A stretch of DNA of 64,000 nt from an uncultured Melioribacter sp. (GTDB lineage Bacteria > Bacteroidota > Ignavibacteria > Kapaibacteriales > Kapaibacteriaceae), in assembly GCA_964393485.1 (NCBI GenBank), contig CAYMTW010000002.1, positions 9,140 to 73,139 of the forward strand, written 5' to 3'. Each line of letters starts with the position of its first letter. Position 1 is the first letter of the stretch. A model generated the notes under the pieces. It was not told the origin of the DNA, searched no databases, and saw only the letters and a list, made by a program, of their open reading frames with translations. The position numbers and the translations under genes were made by a program. This document shows, piece after piece, positions 39,482-48,764 of this stretch.

Positions 39482-42009
39482 TCCGTCGGTTGCTCGTCAG
39501 CCTTACCGGTGCCTCGGCAGCGGTCGTCGTTATCGGCGTGGTGATCCTGGCCTTCGCCATCATGCTCGCCACCCGCAGTCATCCGGTTCCGTACCAGGAG
39601 ACCACAGCCACGGTGCGCGATAGTGTTCGCGTATATCGCAACTCGTTCGGCATTCCGCACATCGTGGGCCGTTCGATGCACGATGTACTGTTCGCTCAGG
39701 GCTACACGCATGCTCAGGACCGGCTTTGGCAGATGGACTTTTTGAGGCGCTCGGCAACGGGACATACGGCCGAGATCTTCGGTCCTGAGGGTGTTCAGCT
39801 CGATGCGTTCATGCGGACTATCAATATTGCCGCCGTGGCTCAGGCGCAGCGTCGCTCGCTCAGCCGCACAGCAGTGCAGATCCTAGAAGCGTACTGCCGA
39901 GGTGTCAACGCCTACATCGAGGAAAACGCCGACAATCTTCCATTTGAGTTCGATGCACTGGGATACAAACCCAAACCGTGGACTCCGGAGGACTGTCTCA
40001 TTCTTGGACGGGCGATGGCCTTTGAACTCAGTCTAGGCTTCTGGTCGGACATCACCTATGCGCAGATCCGTCATCAGCGTGGAAGCTCGTATGTGGGCGA
40101 CTATGTGCCCCGTGACGAGCGCGGACCATACGTGTTGGACACAGCCGAGGGGCGTGCACCATCGGGTCTGCTCTCTGTCCATGGTCGGGGCTCGGCCGAC
40201 CTTCCATTTGCAGACCTGGCCGGTCTGCGCCAGAACCTGTATCACGTGCGCGAGCGCCTTGGCCTGCGCGGAGCCGGCTTCGGCAGCAACTGCTGGGTGA
40301 TGAAGACACCGCACGGTGGGACCATTGTGGCCAATGACCCGCACCTGAGCGCATCTGCGCCCGCAAAGTGGTACCAGATACACCTTACTGCACCAGGACT
40401 CAACGTTCTCGGGCTGAGTATCCCCGGCATGCCCCTTGTCCTTTCGGGACGGAATGACCAGCTGGCATGGGGCTTTACCAACGCAATGATCGATGACGTT
40501 GATTACGTCGTTGAACGGTGTGATTCGACCAATCCCGAGAACTATTACCTCGATGCCAGCGGTGTGCGTCGCAAGTTCACGTTTGTGGCTGATACGATCC
40601 GAGTAGCCGGTCACAGCGACACGATCATCAGTATCCGTTCGACGAAGACCTCACGGGTAATCTCCGATCACCACCTCATGCGTAACCCGACGGTGATCTT
40701 CGATTTCCCGCGAGTTGCATCCACGTCTTACGTCTTTCCGGAGCGGAACAAAAGGCAGCCAACGTGCATGACCTTCCGTTGGGCAGCAACCTATCCGAGT
40801 GATGAGATCACCGCGATGTATCGCATAAACACTGCAAAAAGTCTCGATCAGGTCCTGCGTGCCCTCGAAGGCTGGGGGGCTCCGGCGCTGAGCTTCTCCA
40901 TTGGCAGTGCCGGCGGGTCGATGGCCAGCATTGTGGCCGGACATCTTCCGGTGCGTGGCACGGCCGATCCGCACCTGCCCATCGCCTCGTGGGACCAGGG
41001 GGCTGATTGGTCGGGAGTTGTCTCACTGACCACGCTTGGACGGGTTGTTAATCCAGCTCGAGGATGGCTGGCAACGGCCAATAATAGGCTCTCACCATCC
41101 CCTACGTATGTTGGATCGCTCTTCGAGCCCCCTTCACGTATCGAACGGATCAATGAGCTGATGAGACTCTACCGAACGCCGTCGGTTCGGGATGTCCAGA
41201 TGATGCAACTCGACGTGGTCTCGCCCTATGCCAAGGATGTTCTGCGCCGCGTGATCCCTGTTCTCACCAGAGGCATCAGGAAACTCTCCAGCGATGAACG
41301 ACGGGCCCTGGCCATCCTTCAGGCATGGGATGCCGGCCATACTCCGCTTGACAACGCAGCGTCGATCTTCTCGGTCTTCCTCGACCGTTTAGTGTGGTCC
41401 ACCTTCGAAGATGAGCTTGGACAGCAGCTCTACTTTGACTGGACCCTTGTGCCGAATATCGCTCTGCGTCGCGTTGATGAACTCCTTGATATGCCTGAGC
41501 ACAGGCTCTGGGATGATGTTCGGACTGTTTCAGAGGTCGAGACCATGCCGTGGATCGTTCTGCGGGCATTTCATGCCGCCATCGTCGATCTTCGTGCTCA
41601 CTTTGAGGTCCCTCCGGAAGGGGGCGCCTGGGCCTTCGGGAAGATCCATTCGGTTACCTTTCCCCACATCTTCGGACGAAACGAACTGATGCGCCCGACG
41701 ATGAATCTTGGGCCCTTTGATGTCGGTGGTAGTCAGACGACGATTAACAACACGCAGTGGAAGTTCACGACCAGCCGTCCGCATGATGTGGTCCTGCCGA
41801 CAACGGTGGTGGCCAGCATGCGCGTGATCTCGTCGCTCGCCGACTCGGTACAGTATACCGTCATTCCGGGTGGTTCGTCGGGTCAGCCCCTTGAAGCGCA
41901 TTACTCCGATCAGGTGCAGCTCTGGCTCAAGGGCGGATACGTCAAGCTTCCTGTCTCACCCATTCCAGATGTCTCGTTCCGATTGTACCATGTCTATCGA
42001 CCGCGATAG
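39478..42009 (+). CDS. Penicillin-acylase family Ntn-hydrolase (possibly an acyl-homoserine-lactone / beta-lactam acylase)
   Basis: An 843-aa ORF with an N-terminal TM/signal and the alpha-subunit motif (FAQGYTHAQDRLWQMD). The predicted beta-subunit begins with the nucleophile Ser (GFG-SNCWVM). ATGA overlap with the epimerase. Confidence 0.75.
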   Translation: MIRRLLVSLTGASAAVVVIGVVILAFAIMLATRSHPVPYQETTATVRDSVRVYRNSFGIPHIVGRSMHDVLFAQGYTHAQDRLWQMDFLRRSATGHTAEIFGPEGVQLDAFMRTINIAAVAQAQRRSLSRTAVQILEAYCRGVNAYIEENADNLPFEFDALGYKPKPWTPEDCLILGRAMAFELSLGFWSDITYAQIRHQRGSSYVGDYVPRDERGPYVLDTAEGRAPSGLLSVHGRGSADLPFADLAGLRQNLYHVRERLGLRGAGFGSNCWVMKTPHGGTIVANDPHLSASAPAKWYQIHLTAPGLNVLGLSIPGMPLVLSGRNDQLAWGFTNAMIDDVDYVVERCDSTNPENYYLDASGVRRKFTFVADTIRVAGHSDTIISIRSTKTSRVISDHHLMRNPTVIFDFPRVASTSYVFPERNKRQPTCMTFRWAATYPSDEITAMYRINTAKSLDQVLRALEGWGAPALSFSIGSAGGSMASIVAGHLPVRGTADPHLPIASWDQGADWSGVVSLTTLGRVVNPARGWLATANNRLSPSPTYVGSLFEPPSRIERINELMRLYRTPSVRDVQMMQLDVVSPYAKDVLRRVIPVLTRGIRKLSSDERRALAILQAWDAGHTPLDNAASIFSVFLDRLVWSTFEDELGQQLYFDWTLVPNIALRRVDELLDMPEHRLWDDVRTVSEVETMPWIVLRAFHAAIVDLRAHFEVPPEGGAWAFGKIHSVTFPHIFGRNELMRPTMNLGPFDVGGSQTTINNTQWKFTTSRPHDVVLPTTVVASMRVISSLADSVQYTVIPGGSSGQPLEAHYSDQVQLWLKGGYVKLPVSPIPDVSFRLYHVYRPR

Positions 42010-42062
42010 GATGTGGTTGCGTATTTTGTCCGACTTCTCTTCACTCATTGTTCCCAAGCGCC

Positions 42063-43544
42063 ATGTCCGTTTCCATCTCCGTTGCCTCGCGTCAGAGCGT
42101 GAAAGCCGACGCTCTGGTTGTCTTCATCCCACAGTCTGAGCGGCAGTTCTCGCAGCACGAAAAGGCCCTTACCACGGCCATCCCGCATCTGACGCCACTC
42201 TTTGAGTCTAAGGATTTCACTGGCAAGAGTTTGCAGACGGCTCTTGGCTACTGCGGTTCCGCAGCCGCCACGGCGCGGATCGTGCTCACCGGTCTCGGTG
42301 AGACCAAGTCCATCAGCCTTGAAACGCTTCGCCGCGCAGCCGCTGCGGCTGCCAAGCGTGCCGCATCGGCCGGCTGCCAGCACCTTGCCATTGAGGTGCA
42401 GACAATCAACGGACTTGATGCCGCCTCATGTGCCCAGGCGATCGTCGAGGGGGCACTGCTGAGCCAGTATGCATTCGACAAGTACAAGACCATCAACGCC
42501 GGTAACAGCAAGAAGGTCAAGAAGATCACGCTCGTGACCGAAAAGACGAATCAGAAGGCAGTCGCCAAGGGTGCTGATGCCGGAATGATCATCGTCGATG
42601 GCGTCAACCTGGCACGCGATCTGGCCAATGCGCCGAACAATGAGATCTATCCAGAGACCCTTGCCCAGCGCGCACAAGAAGTTGGACGCAAGGCTGGATT
42701 CAAGACCACGGTGCTCGACAAGAAGAAGATCGAAGATCTCAAAATGGGTGGCCTTCTTGGTGTCAACCAGGGAAGTGTGCGCCCGCCGGTCTTCATCGTC
42801 ATGGAGTACATGAAGGGCCCCAAGACCGAAAAGCCCCTTGTCCTGGTTGGCAAGGGTGTGACCTTTGACACTGGTGGCATTTCGATCAAGCCCGCCGCTG
42901 GTATGAGCGATATGAAGAGCGACATGCACGGTGCAGCGACGGTCATCGGCACCATGCAGACCATCGCCCGCCTTGGAATCAAGCGCAACGTCGTTGGCAT
43001 TGTTCCGGCTACGGAAAATATGCCGAGCGGAACAGCCCTCGTTCCGGGTGATATCATCACCTTCATGAACGGTAAGACCGCCGAGATCGACAATACCGAT
43101 GCCGAAGGTCGCCTGATCCTTGCCGATGCGCTCTGCTATGCTGACCGATACAAGCCAAGCTCAGTGATCGACCTGGCTACGCTCACTGGCGCCATTGTCA
43201 TTGCCCTTGGCAATGTTACCACTGGCATGATGGGCACCGACGCAAAGATGATGAACCGCCTGCGTGCGGCCGCCACTCGGACGCATGAGTACGTGGGCGA
43301 ACTACCGCTGTACCAGGAGTACGAAGAACTGATCTCCAGCGACTACGCCGACATCAAGAACTCCGGTGGACGCAGTGCCGGATCGATCACGGCAGCCCTC
43401 TTTCTGAAGCACTTTGTGAGTTATCCGTGGGTTCACCTCGACATCGCCGGTACGGCGATCCAGCCAAAGGCCTCGCACTACACATGCAAGGGCGGCTCGG
43501 GCGTTGGGGTGCGTCTGCTAACGGATATGCTCCGCCACTCCTAA
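42063..43544 (+). CDS. pepA: Leucyl aminopeptidase (M17). ATG start at 42063; a TTG alternative lies at 42048.
   Basis: M17 signature NTDAEGRL together with VGKGVTFDTGGISIKP. Confidence 0.85.
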   Translation: MSVSISVASRQSVKADALVVFIPQSERQFSQHEKALTTAIPHLTPLFESKDFTGKSLQTALGYCGSAAATARIVLTGLGETKSISLETLRRAAAAAAKRAASAGCQHLAIEVQTINGLDAASCAQAIVEGALLSQYAFDKYKTINAGNSKKVKKITLVTEKTNQKAVAKGADAGMIIVDGVNLARDLANAPNNEIYPETLAQRAQEVGRKAGFKTTVLDKKKIEDLKMGGLLGVNQGSVRPPVFIVMEYMKGPKTEKPLVLVGKGVTFDTGGISIKPAAGMSDMKSDMHGAATVIGTMQTIARLGIKRNVVGIVPATENMPSGTALVPGDIITFMNGKTAEIDNTDAEGRLILADALCYADRYKPSSVIDLATLTGAIVIALGNVTTGMMGTDAKMMNRLRAAATRTHEYVGELPLYQEYEELISSDYADIKNSGGRSAGSITAALFLKHFVSYPWVHLDIAGTAIQPKASHYTCKGGSGVGVRLLTDMLRHS

Positions 43545-43556
43545 CCGGATCACCTC

Positions 43557-44126
43557 TTGTCGGTTAACGAAACGACGGATCTGCGCCGGGAGTTTGAGGC
43601 CGAAGCCATGCCACATATGTCGGCATTGTATTCGTTTGCCCTTCGGTTGACGCGCGATGCCGATGACGCGGCAGACCTTGTGCAGGATACCTTCCTGAAA
43701 GCATTTCGTTTCTTTGACAAATTCGAACGCGGAACTAACTGCAAAGCCTGGTTGTTCCGAATTCTGAAGAATTCGTACATCAATACGTTCCGGAAGTCCT
43801 CCAAGGCGCCAGACACTGTTGAGTACGACGTCATTGAAGACTTTTACGAGACCATTCGCGACAGCTCTGTTGAGACGTCAGTTGTCGAAGAGCAGGTCTT
43901 TCACAATGCTCTCGATGATGAAGTGGCAAAGGCTGTCGATTCTCTTCCAGAAGAGTTTCGCACGGTCGTGATTTTGTGTGACATTGAAGGTTTCACTTAC
44001 GAGGAGATCGCCGAGTTCATCGATTGTCCGATCGGGACAGTCCGTTCACGTCTGCACCGTGCACGCAAGCTCTTAGCCGCTCAATTAGCTACCTACGCCA
44101 AGGAAAGGGGCTTTTCCGTTGAGTAA
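43557..44126 (+). CDS. ECF-type RNA polymerase sigma-70 factor
   Basis: Region 2 (DLVQDTFLKAFRFFDKF...AWLFRILKN) and the region 4 helix-turn-helix (YEEIAEFIDCPIGTVRSRLHRARKLL). TTG start at 43557; an ATG alternative lies at 43605. Confidence 0.8.
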   Translation: MSVNETTDLRREFEAEAMPHMSALYSFALRLTRDADDAADLVQDTFLKAFRFFDKFERGTNCKAWLFRILKNSYINTFRKSSKAPDTVEYDVIEDFYETIRDSSVETSVVEEQVFHNALDDEVAKAVDSLPEEFRTVVILCDIEGFTYEEIAEFIDCPIGTVRSRLHRARKLLAAQLATYAKERGFSVE

Positions 44127-44174
44127 CAGAGCTGATGCAGACGAAGGCGTACACCGATACTGCGGGGGACGTTT

Positions 44175-44999
44175 ATGAATAATTCTCATCAATCCTACGA
44201 CTGGGTTTCCGGTCTATTGGACGGAAGAACAGAGTCCGATGTACAGGAGAGTCATCTCTCGTCAGATCATCGCGCCAGGCGCGAATCTGAAATCGTCGGA
44301 GCTCTCCGGTCCACTCTTCACGACCGCCGAAGCGCCCTGCGTACGCAGGTCCCGCCATCACTCGAGCGGTCCATTCGCATGGCCATTGCCAGTGAAGCGG
44401 CAGCCCTTCAGCGTCCGTCGCTGGTCGAGCGACTGCGGCAGGCCTGGGCTTCACTCGCTGCTCGTCCTGCACTTGCCGGTCTGACGTTGACAGGCATCGC
44501 GGCCGCAGCCTTCATGACAGTGTTTGTCATGCGCTCTGGACCCGATATGCCGTCGAACTTGACCGATGCGGCACTTGCCGTCTATGGACAGGTGACCGCT
44601 CCAGAGGCACAGATTGAACTGCGCTCTTCGGATCGCGACGGTCTGCGCGCTTTTTTTGCCGAGCGCGGTGTTGCATTCAACGTCTTTTTCCCAGATGTGG
44701 ACGCTGAACTCATTGGTGGAAGCGTTCGCACGATCAACGGCCGTGAATTTCCGATTCTCGTGTACGCAGCTGCTGGTCATGTTATGTCTCTGTTGGAAGT
44801 TGACGAGGCATCGATCGGTGCTCGCACGGTTTCAATGGACTCTCAGGCATCGGAAGATGTGTCGCATAGCCGCTGGCACTGGGCTTCATCCGAAGACAAA
44901 ACGTTGTTTGTCTGGAAAAGCAATAGTATCATGTGCTCGGTCGTCTCTGACCTGGCTGTCGATGAAGTGTCCGCGTTGTTCAGACTTGAGGCTCTCTAA
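44175..44999 (+). CDS. Putative membrane-spanning anti-sigma factor
   Basis: It lies immediately downstream of the ECF sigma. A single TM helix (LAGLTLTGIAAAAFMTVFVM) splits a cytoplasmic N-domain from an extracytoplasmic C-domain. The call rests on position, not motif. Confidence 0.45.
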   Translation: MNNSHQSYDWVSGLLDGRTESDVQESHLSSDHRARRESEIVGALRSTLHDRRSALRTQVPPSLERSIRMAIASEAAALQRPSLVERLRQAWASLAARPALAGLTLTGIAAAAFMTVFVMRSGPDMPSNLTDAALAVYGQVTAPEAQIELRSSDRDGLRAFFAERGVAFNVFFPDVDAELIGGSVRTINGREFPILVYAAAGHVMSLLEVDEASIGARTVSMDSQASEDVSHSRWHWASSEDKTLFVWKSNSIMCSVVSDLAVDEVSALFRLEAL

Positions 45000-45002
45000 C
45001 CC

Positions 45003-45572
45003 ATGAAACGTATCCTTGCCGTACTGGCTGTCCTTGTGACGATTGGTGTTTCGCTGTTCGCGTTGAGCGGCAGTGGCGCCGGATCTGCAGACTCTGCTCG
45101 TGTGAACGCAACGTCGGTCTATTCCGTCAACAGTGTGACGTCGCGATCCCCTGGCAAGGCTGTGGATTTTACGTGGACTGATGCCGCTGGACGTGAAAAC
45201 ACCTTCAGCACGGTCACAGCTGGCAAGGTTGTTCTTCTGAACGTTTGGGCCACGTGGTGTCCACCGTGCCGCCGCGAGATTCCCGATCTGGTGAAGATCA
45301 GCGACGAGATGGCAGCGAAAGGTGTGATGGTGATCGGTGTTTCGATCGATGACAAGCAGGACGCAGTAAAGCTTGTCCGCACGTATGCCGAGAAGAACAA
45401 TGTGACCTACCTCAATCTCGTCGATGCGCAGAAGGAGATCGCCGAGTCGTATGGGAGCATCCAGGCCATCCCGACCACCTTCATCATCGACCGTCAAGGC
45501 GCCGTCGTGCAGCGTATCGTTGGTTCACAAAGCAAAGAAGCGTTCGTTGCAGCGATCCAGAAGGCGATGTGA
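45003..45572 (+). CDS. TlpA/ResA-like periplasmic thiol:disulfide oxidoreductase
   Basis: Signal peptide plus the thioredoxin-fold active site WATWCPPCRREIPDL (CxxC). Confidence 0.75.
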   Translation: MKRILAVLAVLVTIGVSLFALSGSGAGSADSARVNATSVYSVNSVTSRSPGKAVDFTWTDAAGRENTFSTVTAGKVVLLNVWATWCPPCRREIPDLVKISDEMAAKGVMVIGVSIDDKQDAVKLVRTYAEKNNVTYLNLVDAQKEIAESYGSIQAIPTTFIIDRQGAVVQRIVGSQSKEAFVAAIQKAM

Positions 45573-45598
45573 TCCTCCCCCTCTCCCTGCTCCACTGC

Positions 45599-46897
45599 CT
45601 ACCACACTTGAATGATCATTGACGGCTCCCGCACAGCGGGGGCCGTTGTTGTTTTGATGAGGTTCGAAAGTTCGTCGCACAGCCGCCGGCACTGGCCGAT
45701 TGTTGAAGCATGAACGGTTGCAAGGGGCTGTCCAGACTCCACGCTCGCACCGGCTGGCTGGTGGATCACAACGCCAACAGCGTGATCGATCGAGTCGCTC
45801 TCACGTTCGCGTCCCGCCCCGGCTGTCCCCAAGATCGTCGCCACGGCTCTTGCATCGATCGCATCGACCATTCCATTGGACGTAGCGTGCAGGACCTGTG
45901 TGGGAAGGTTCCCGTAGTAGTCCAAGCTGGCGGACCAGTCGCCCCCTTGACGGCGAAGCATCTCGTGAAAGATCACATGCGCCTGACCGCTTTTCCATGC
46001 CCGCACGACGCGCTCGCGTGCTGTTTCTGCCGTGATGGTCTGGTCGGCCAGCATGATCATCAGCGCCACGAGTTCAAGGGTCACCTCGGCGAGGTCTCTC
46101 TGTACAAATCCCGCAAGAGCGGCATCGGTTTCGACCATTTCCACCCAGTTACCGACGGCGCGGCCAAGGGGCTGACTCATGCGAGTAAAGACAAATCGCA
46201 CTGGCAGGCCGATATGGTCACAGACGCTTTTCATTGATCGTGCCAGTTCTTCGGCCGCGGCCAGGTCGGGCAGAAACGCTGCCGAGCCAACCTTCAAATC
46301 CATGACAAGGCCGTCGAGGCCTTCGGCGATCTTCTTGCTCAGGATCGAGGCCGTGATGAGCCCCGTATTCTCGACCGTTCCGGTCACGTCTCGAAGGGCA
46401 TACATGATGCGGTCGGCCGGCACCAGCGTTGGCGTCTGTCCGGCCATGAACAGGTGGTGCTCGTCAATGAGCCCGCTCATCTGCTCGAGCGAGAGCGCGG
46501 TGCTGAGCCCCCTGACGCTTTCGAGCTTGTCCAGCGTGCCACCGGTGTGCCCGAGTCCACGACCGCTGATCATCGGCACGTCCAGGCCGCAGGCCACGGC
46601 CAGCGGGGCAAGCAGCAGTGATACTTTGTCACCGACGCCACCGGTTGAATGCTTGTCAATGCGTGGCCGGTCTGAACGTCCGCGCTCAAGCACCGTGCCC
46701 GAGTGTGCCATTGACATGGTCAGTGCGGCCGTTTCCTGCGAAGAAAGCCCCCTCGTGCAGGCGGCCATCAGAAACGCGGCAACCTGGGCCGGTGAGGCCT
46801 GACCATCGACGGTGCGACGCACAAACTCGGTGACTTCCTCGTCTGACCACATCCCACCGTCACGCTTTATCCGAAGGAGTTCTTTGGTGCTCTTCAT
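45599..46897 (-). CDS. deoA: Thymidine / pyrimidine-nucleoside phosphorylase
   Basis: The start is at the internal MKSTKELLRIKRDGG. The glycosyltransferase family 3 motif KHSTGGVGDKVSLLLAPLAVACG is present. Confidence 0.85.
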   Translation of the reverse strand: MKSTKELLRIKRDGGMWSDEEVTEFVRRTVDGQASPAQVAAFLMAACTRGLSSQETAALTMSMAHSGTVLERGRSDRPRIDKHSTGGVGDKVSLLLAPLAVACGLDVPMISGRGLGHTGGTLDKLESVRGLSTALSLEQMSGLIDEHHLFMAGQTPTLVPADRIMYALRDVTGTVENTGLITASILSKKIAEGLDGLVMDLKVGSAAFLPDLAAAEELARSMKSVCDHIGLPVRFVFTRMSQPLGRAVGNWVEMVETDAALAGFVQRDLAEVTLELVALMIMLADQTITAETARERVVRAWKSGQAHVIFHEMLRRQGGDWSASLDYYGNLPTQVLHATSNGMVDAIDARAVATILGTAGAGRERESDSIDHAVGVVIHQPAGASVESGQPLATVHASTIGQCRRLCDELSNLIKTTTAPAVREPSMIIQVW

Positions 46898-46908
46898 AGA
46901 TTCGCAGA

Positions 46909-47679
46909 ATGATTGACAAGCTCGAGCGCGCAACCTCCAAACTACGAAAAGCGATCCGCGAGTTGCACCGCGCCGAGGTCCGTGACCAGTGTGCAGAGTT
47001 CCTTGTTGAAGGCCCTCATGCCTGCCAGGAGTTGCTCACGGCAGGACTGCTTCCGCATGTGGTGGTTGTTACTGAGCACATTCCAGAGGACGTTCTTACC
47101 CTGGTGCTTGAGGCGCAGCAACGCGGCGCTGAGGTCGTTCGGACGTCTCCTTCAGAGCTCGAGCGTCTCGTTACCACCCGCACCGCTCAGGGAATCGTCA
47201 TGGTGATGCCACAGTTTTCCGAGCACGCTCCTGCCGGAAGGATCATCGCCCTGGACGGCGTAAGCGATCCGGGTAATGTAGGCACGATCATCCGCACAGC
47301 TGTCTGGTTCGGCTGCACGGATGTGATTCTATCGCATGACTGCGCCGACGTCTACAACCCCAAGGTCGTGCGCTCGACGGCTGGTGCTTTGGCGTCGGTG
47401 AACATTATCCGCCGTGCGCGTCTGGCCGAGCTACTTGCGTCCATGCCCGAGGTTGAGCCCCTTGCCGCTGTTGCCGAAGGGGGCGTGACGCCAAAGGACC
47501 TCAGGTGCCCTCAGCGCTGGTGCCTGGTGATCGGCTCCGAGGCTCATGGCATCTCGCAGCCGGTGCATGACCTTGTCCGACACCGCCTGACGGTTCCGCG
47601 CGTAGGCAGTGGCGTCGAATCGCTCAATGCCGCCGTGGCGGCATCGATCTTACTGTACGAATTGGCGGGTCGAGGATGA
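46909..47679 (+). CDS. TrmH/SpoU family RNA 2'-O-methyltransferase
   Basis: SPOUT motifs (LDGVSDPGNVGTIIRTAVWFG, LVIGSEAHGIS, VESLNAAVA). Confidence 0.75.
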   Translation: MIDKLERATSKLRKAIRELHRAEVRDQCAEFLVEGPHACQELLTAGLLPHVVVVTEHIPEDVLTLVLEAQQRGAEVVRTSPSELERLVTTRTAQGIVMVMPQFSEHAPAGRIIALDGVSDPGNVGTIIRTAVWFGCTDVILSHDCADVYNPKVVRSTAGALASVNIIRRARLAELLASMPEVEPLAAVAEGGVTPKDLRCPQRWCLVIGSEAHGISQPVHDLVRHRLTVPRVGSGVESLNAAVAASILLYELAGRG

Positions 47680-48764
47680 AGCTCTACACCCCCGGACCTG
47701 TGCCTGTGCCTGATCGTATCATGCAGGCGGCTGCAGCGCCGATGATCCACCACCAGAGTGATGAGTTCCGTCAAATCCTGGCACGCACGCGATCAAACCT
47801 GCAGGCGATCATCGGAACCGAGGGTACCGTTGCCCTGCTTGCCGGCAGCTCCATGACGGCCATTGACAGTATCACGGCCGGCATGGTGCGTTCGGGCGAT
47901 ACGGTGCTCGTGGTGCGCCATGGACGGTTTGGAGACCGCCTTGCGGATTGTGCGGCCATTCGAGGTGCACGGGTTGAATCACTCGCCGCCCCCTGGGGAG
48001 AGACCATCTCCATCGAGCAGTTCGAGGCGCGCATTATGGAGGTGCTCGCGGGTGGACCTCTCAGGGCTGTCTGGATGGTCCATAGCGAAACATCCACGGG
48101 AGTGTCTCTAGACGTCGAGCGCCTGGCTGCGGTCCTTCACCATCACGCACCCGAGACGCTGCTGCTCGTCGATGGCGTCACGTCCGTGGCCGTCCAGAGG
48201 CTGTTCATGGACGCCTGGAAGATCGATGCCGTCGTCACTGGCACGCAAAAGGGCCTTATGTCTCCTCCCGGTCTTGGCATCGTTGCCATGAGTCGACGTC
48301 TGGAAGACGCTGTTCGCACTACGCCTTCTCATTTGTATTCCAATGACTTGCAACGAGTACTTGATGCACATGAGAAGGGGCTGATGCTTTGGACTCCTCC
48401 GGTATCGATCGTGCGGGCGCTTGACGTTGCCTGCCAGATGATCCTGGAAGAAGGCCTCGAGCGCGTCTGGACACGTCATGATGAGCTTCATCGGTACGTT
48501 ACCTCCGAGGCGTTACGTCGTGGGTTTACGCTCTTTGGTCAGGGCACCTCGCGAGCTCTGGTAGCGGTTGCGCGCGATGGTGTTTCTGAACTGCGCCGCG
48601 AGCTCAAGAGTCGGTGCTCGATGCATGTGGCTGACGGTCAGGACGCCCTTTCGGGCGCGATCATGCGCATCGGGATCTGCGGGTCATATACACTCGAGGA
48701 CATGCGCGAGCTCTTTGCGGCCATTGACCTTGTCGAACCACCACCCCATGGGAGTGAAGATTGA
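47676..48764 (+). CDS. Class V aminotransferase (serine-pyruvate / alanine-glyoxylate aminotransferase-like)
   Basis: N-terminus MKLYTPGPVPVPDRIMQA and the PLP-lysine region (VVTGTQKGLMSPPG). Confidence 0.75.
   Translation: MKLYTPGPVPVPDRIMQAAAAPMIHHQSDEFRQILARTRSNLQAIIGTEGTVALLAGSSMTAIDSITAGMVRSGDTVLVVRHGRFGDRLADCAAIRGARVESLAAPWGETISIEQFEARIMEVLAGGPLRAVWMVHSETSTGVSLDVERLAAVLHHHAPETLLLVDGVTSVAVQRLFMDAWKIDAVVTGTQKGLMSPPGLGIVAMSRRLEDAVRTTPSHLYSNDLQRVLDAHEKGLMLWTPPVSIVRALDVACQMILEEGLERVWTRHDELHRYVTSEALRRGFTLFGQGTSRALVAVARDGVSELRRELKSRCSMHVADGQDALSGAIMRIGICGSYTLEDMRELFAAIDLVEPPPHGSED

Noticed and set aside
40033-40614. 193-aa antisense ORF (and several others of 100-260 aa at 22371-22904, 48638-49213 and 55362-56144) inside large genes
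   Set aside because: They are all antisense to genes with strong motif support. Long antisense ORFs are expected at about 62% GC.
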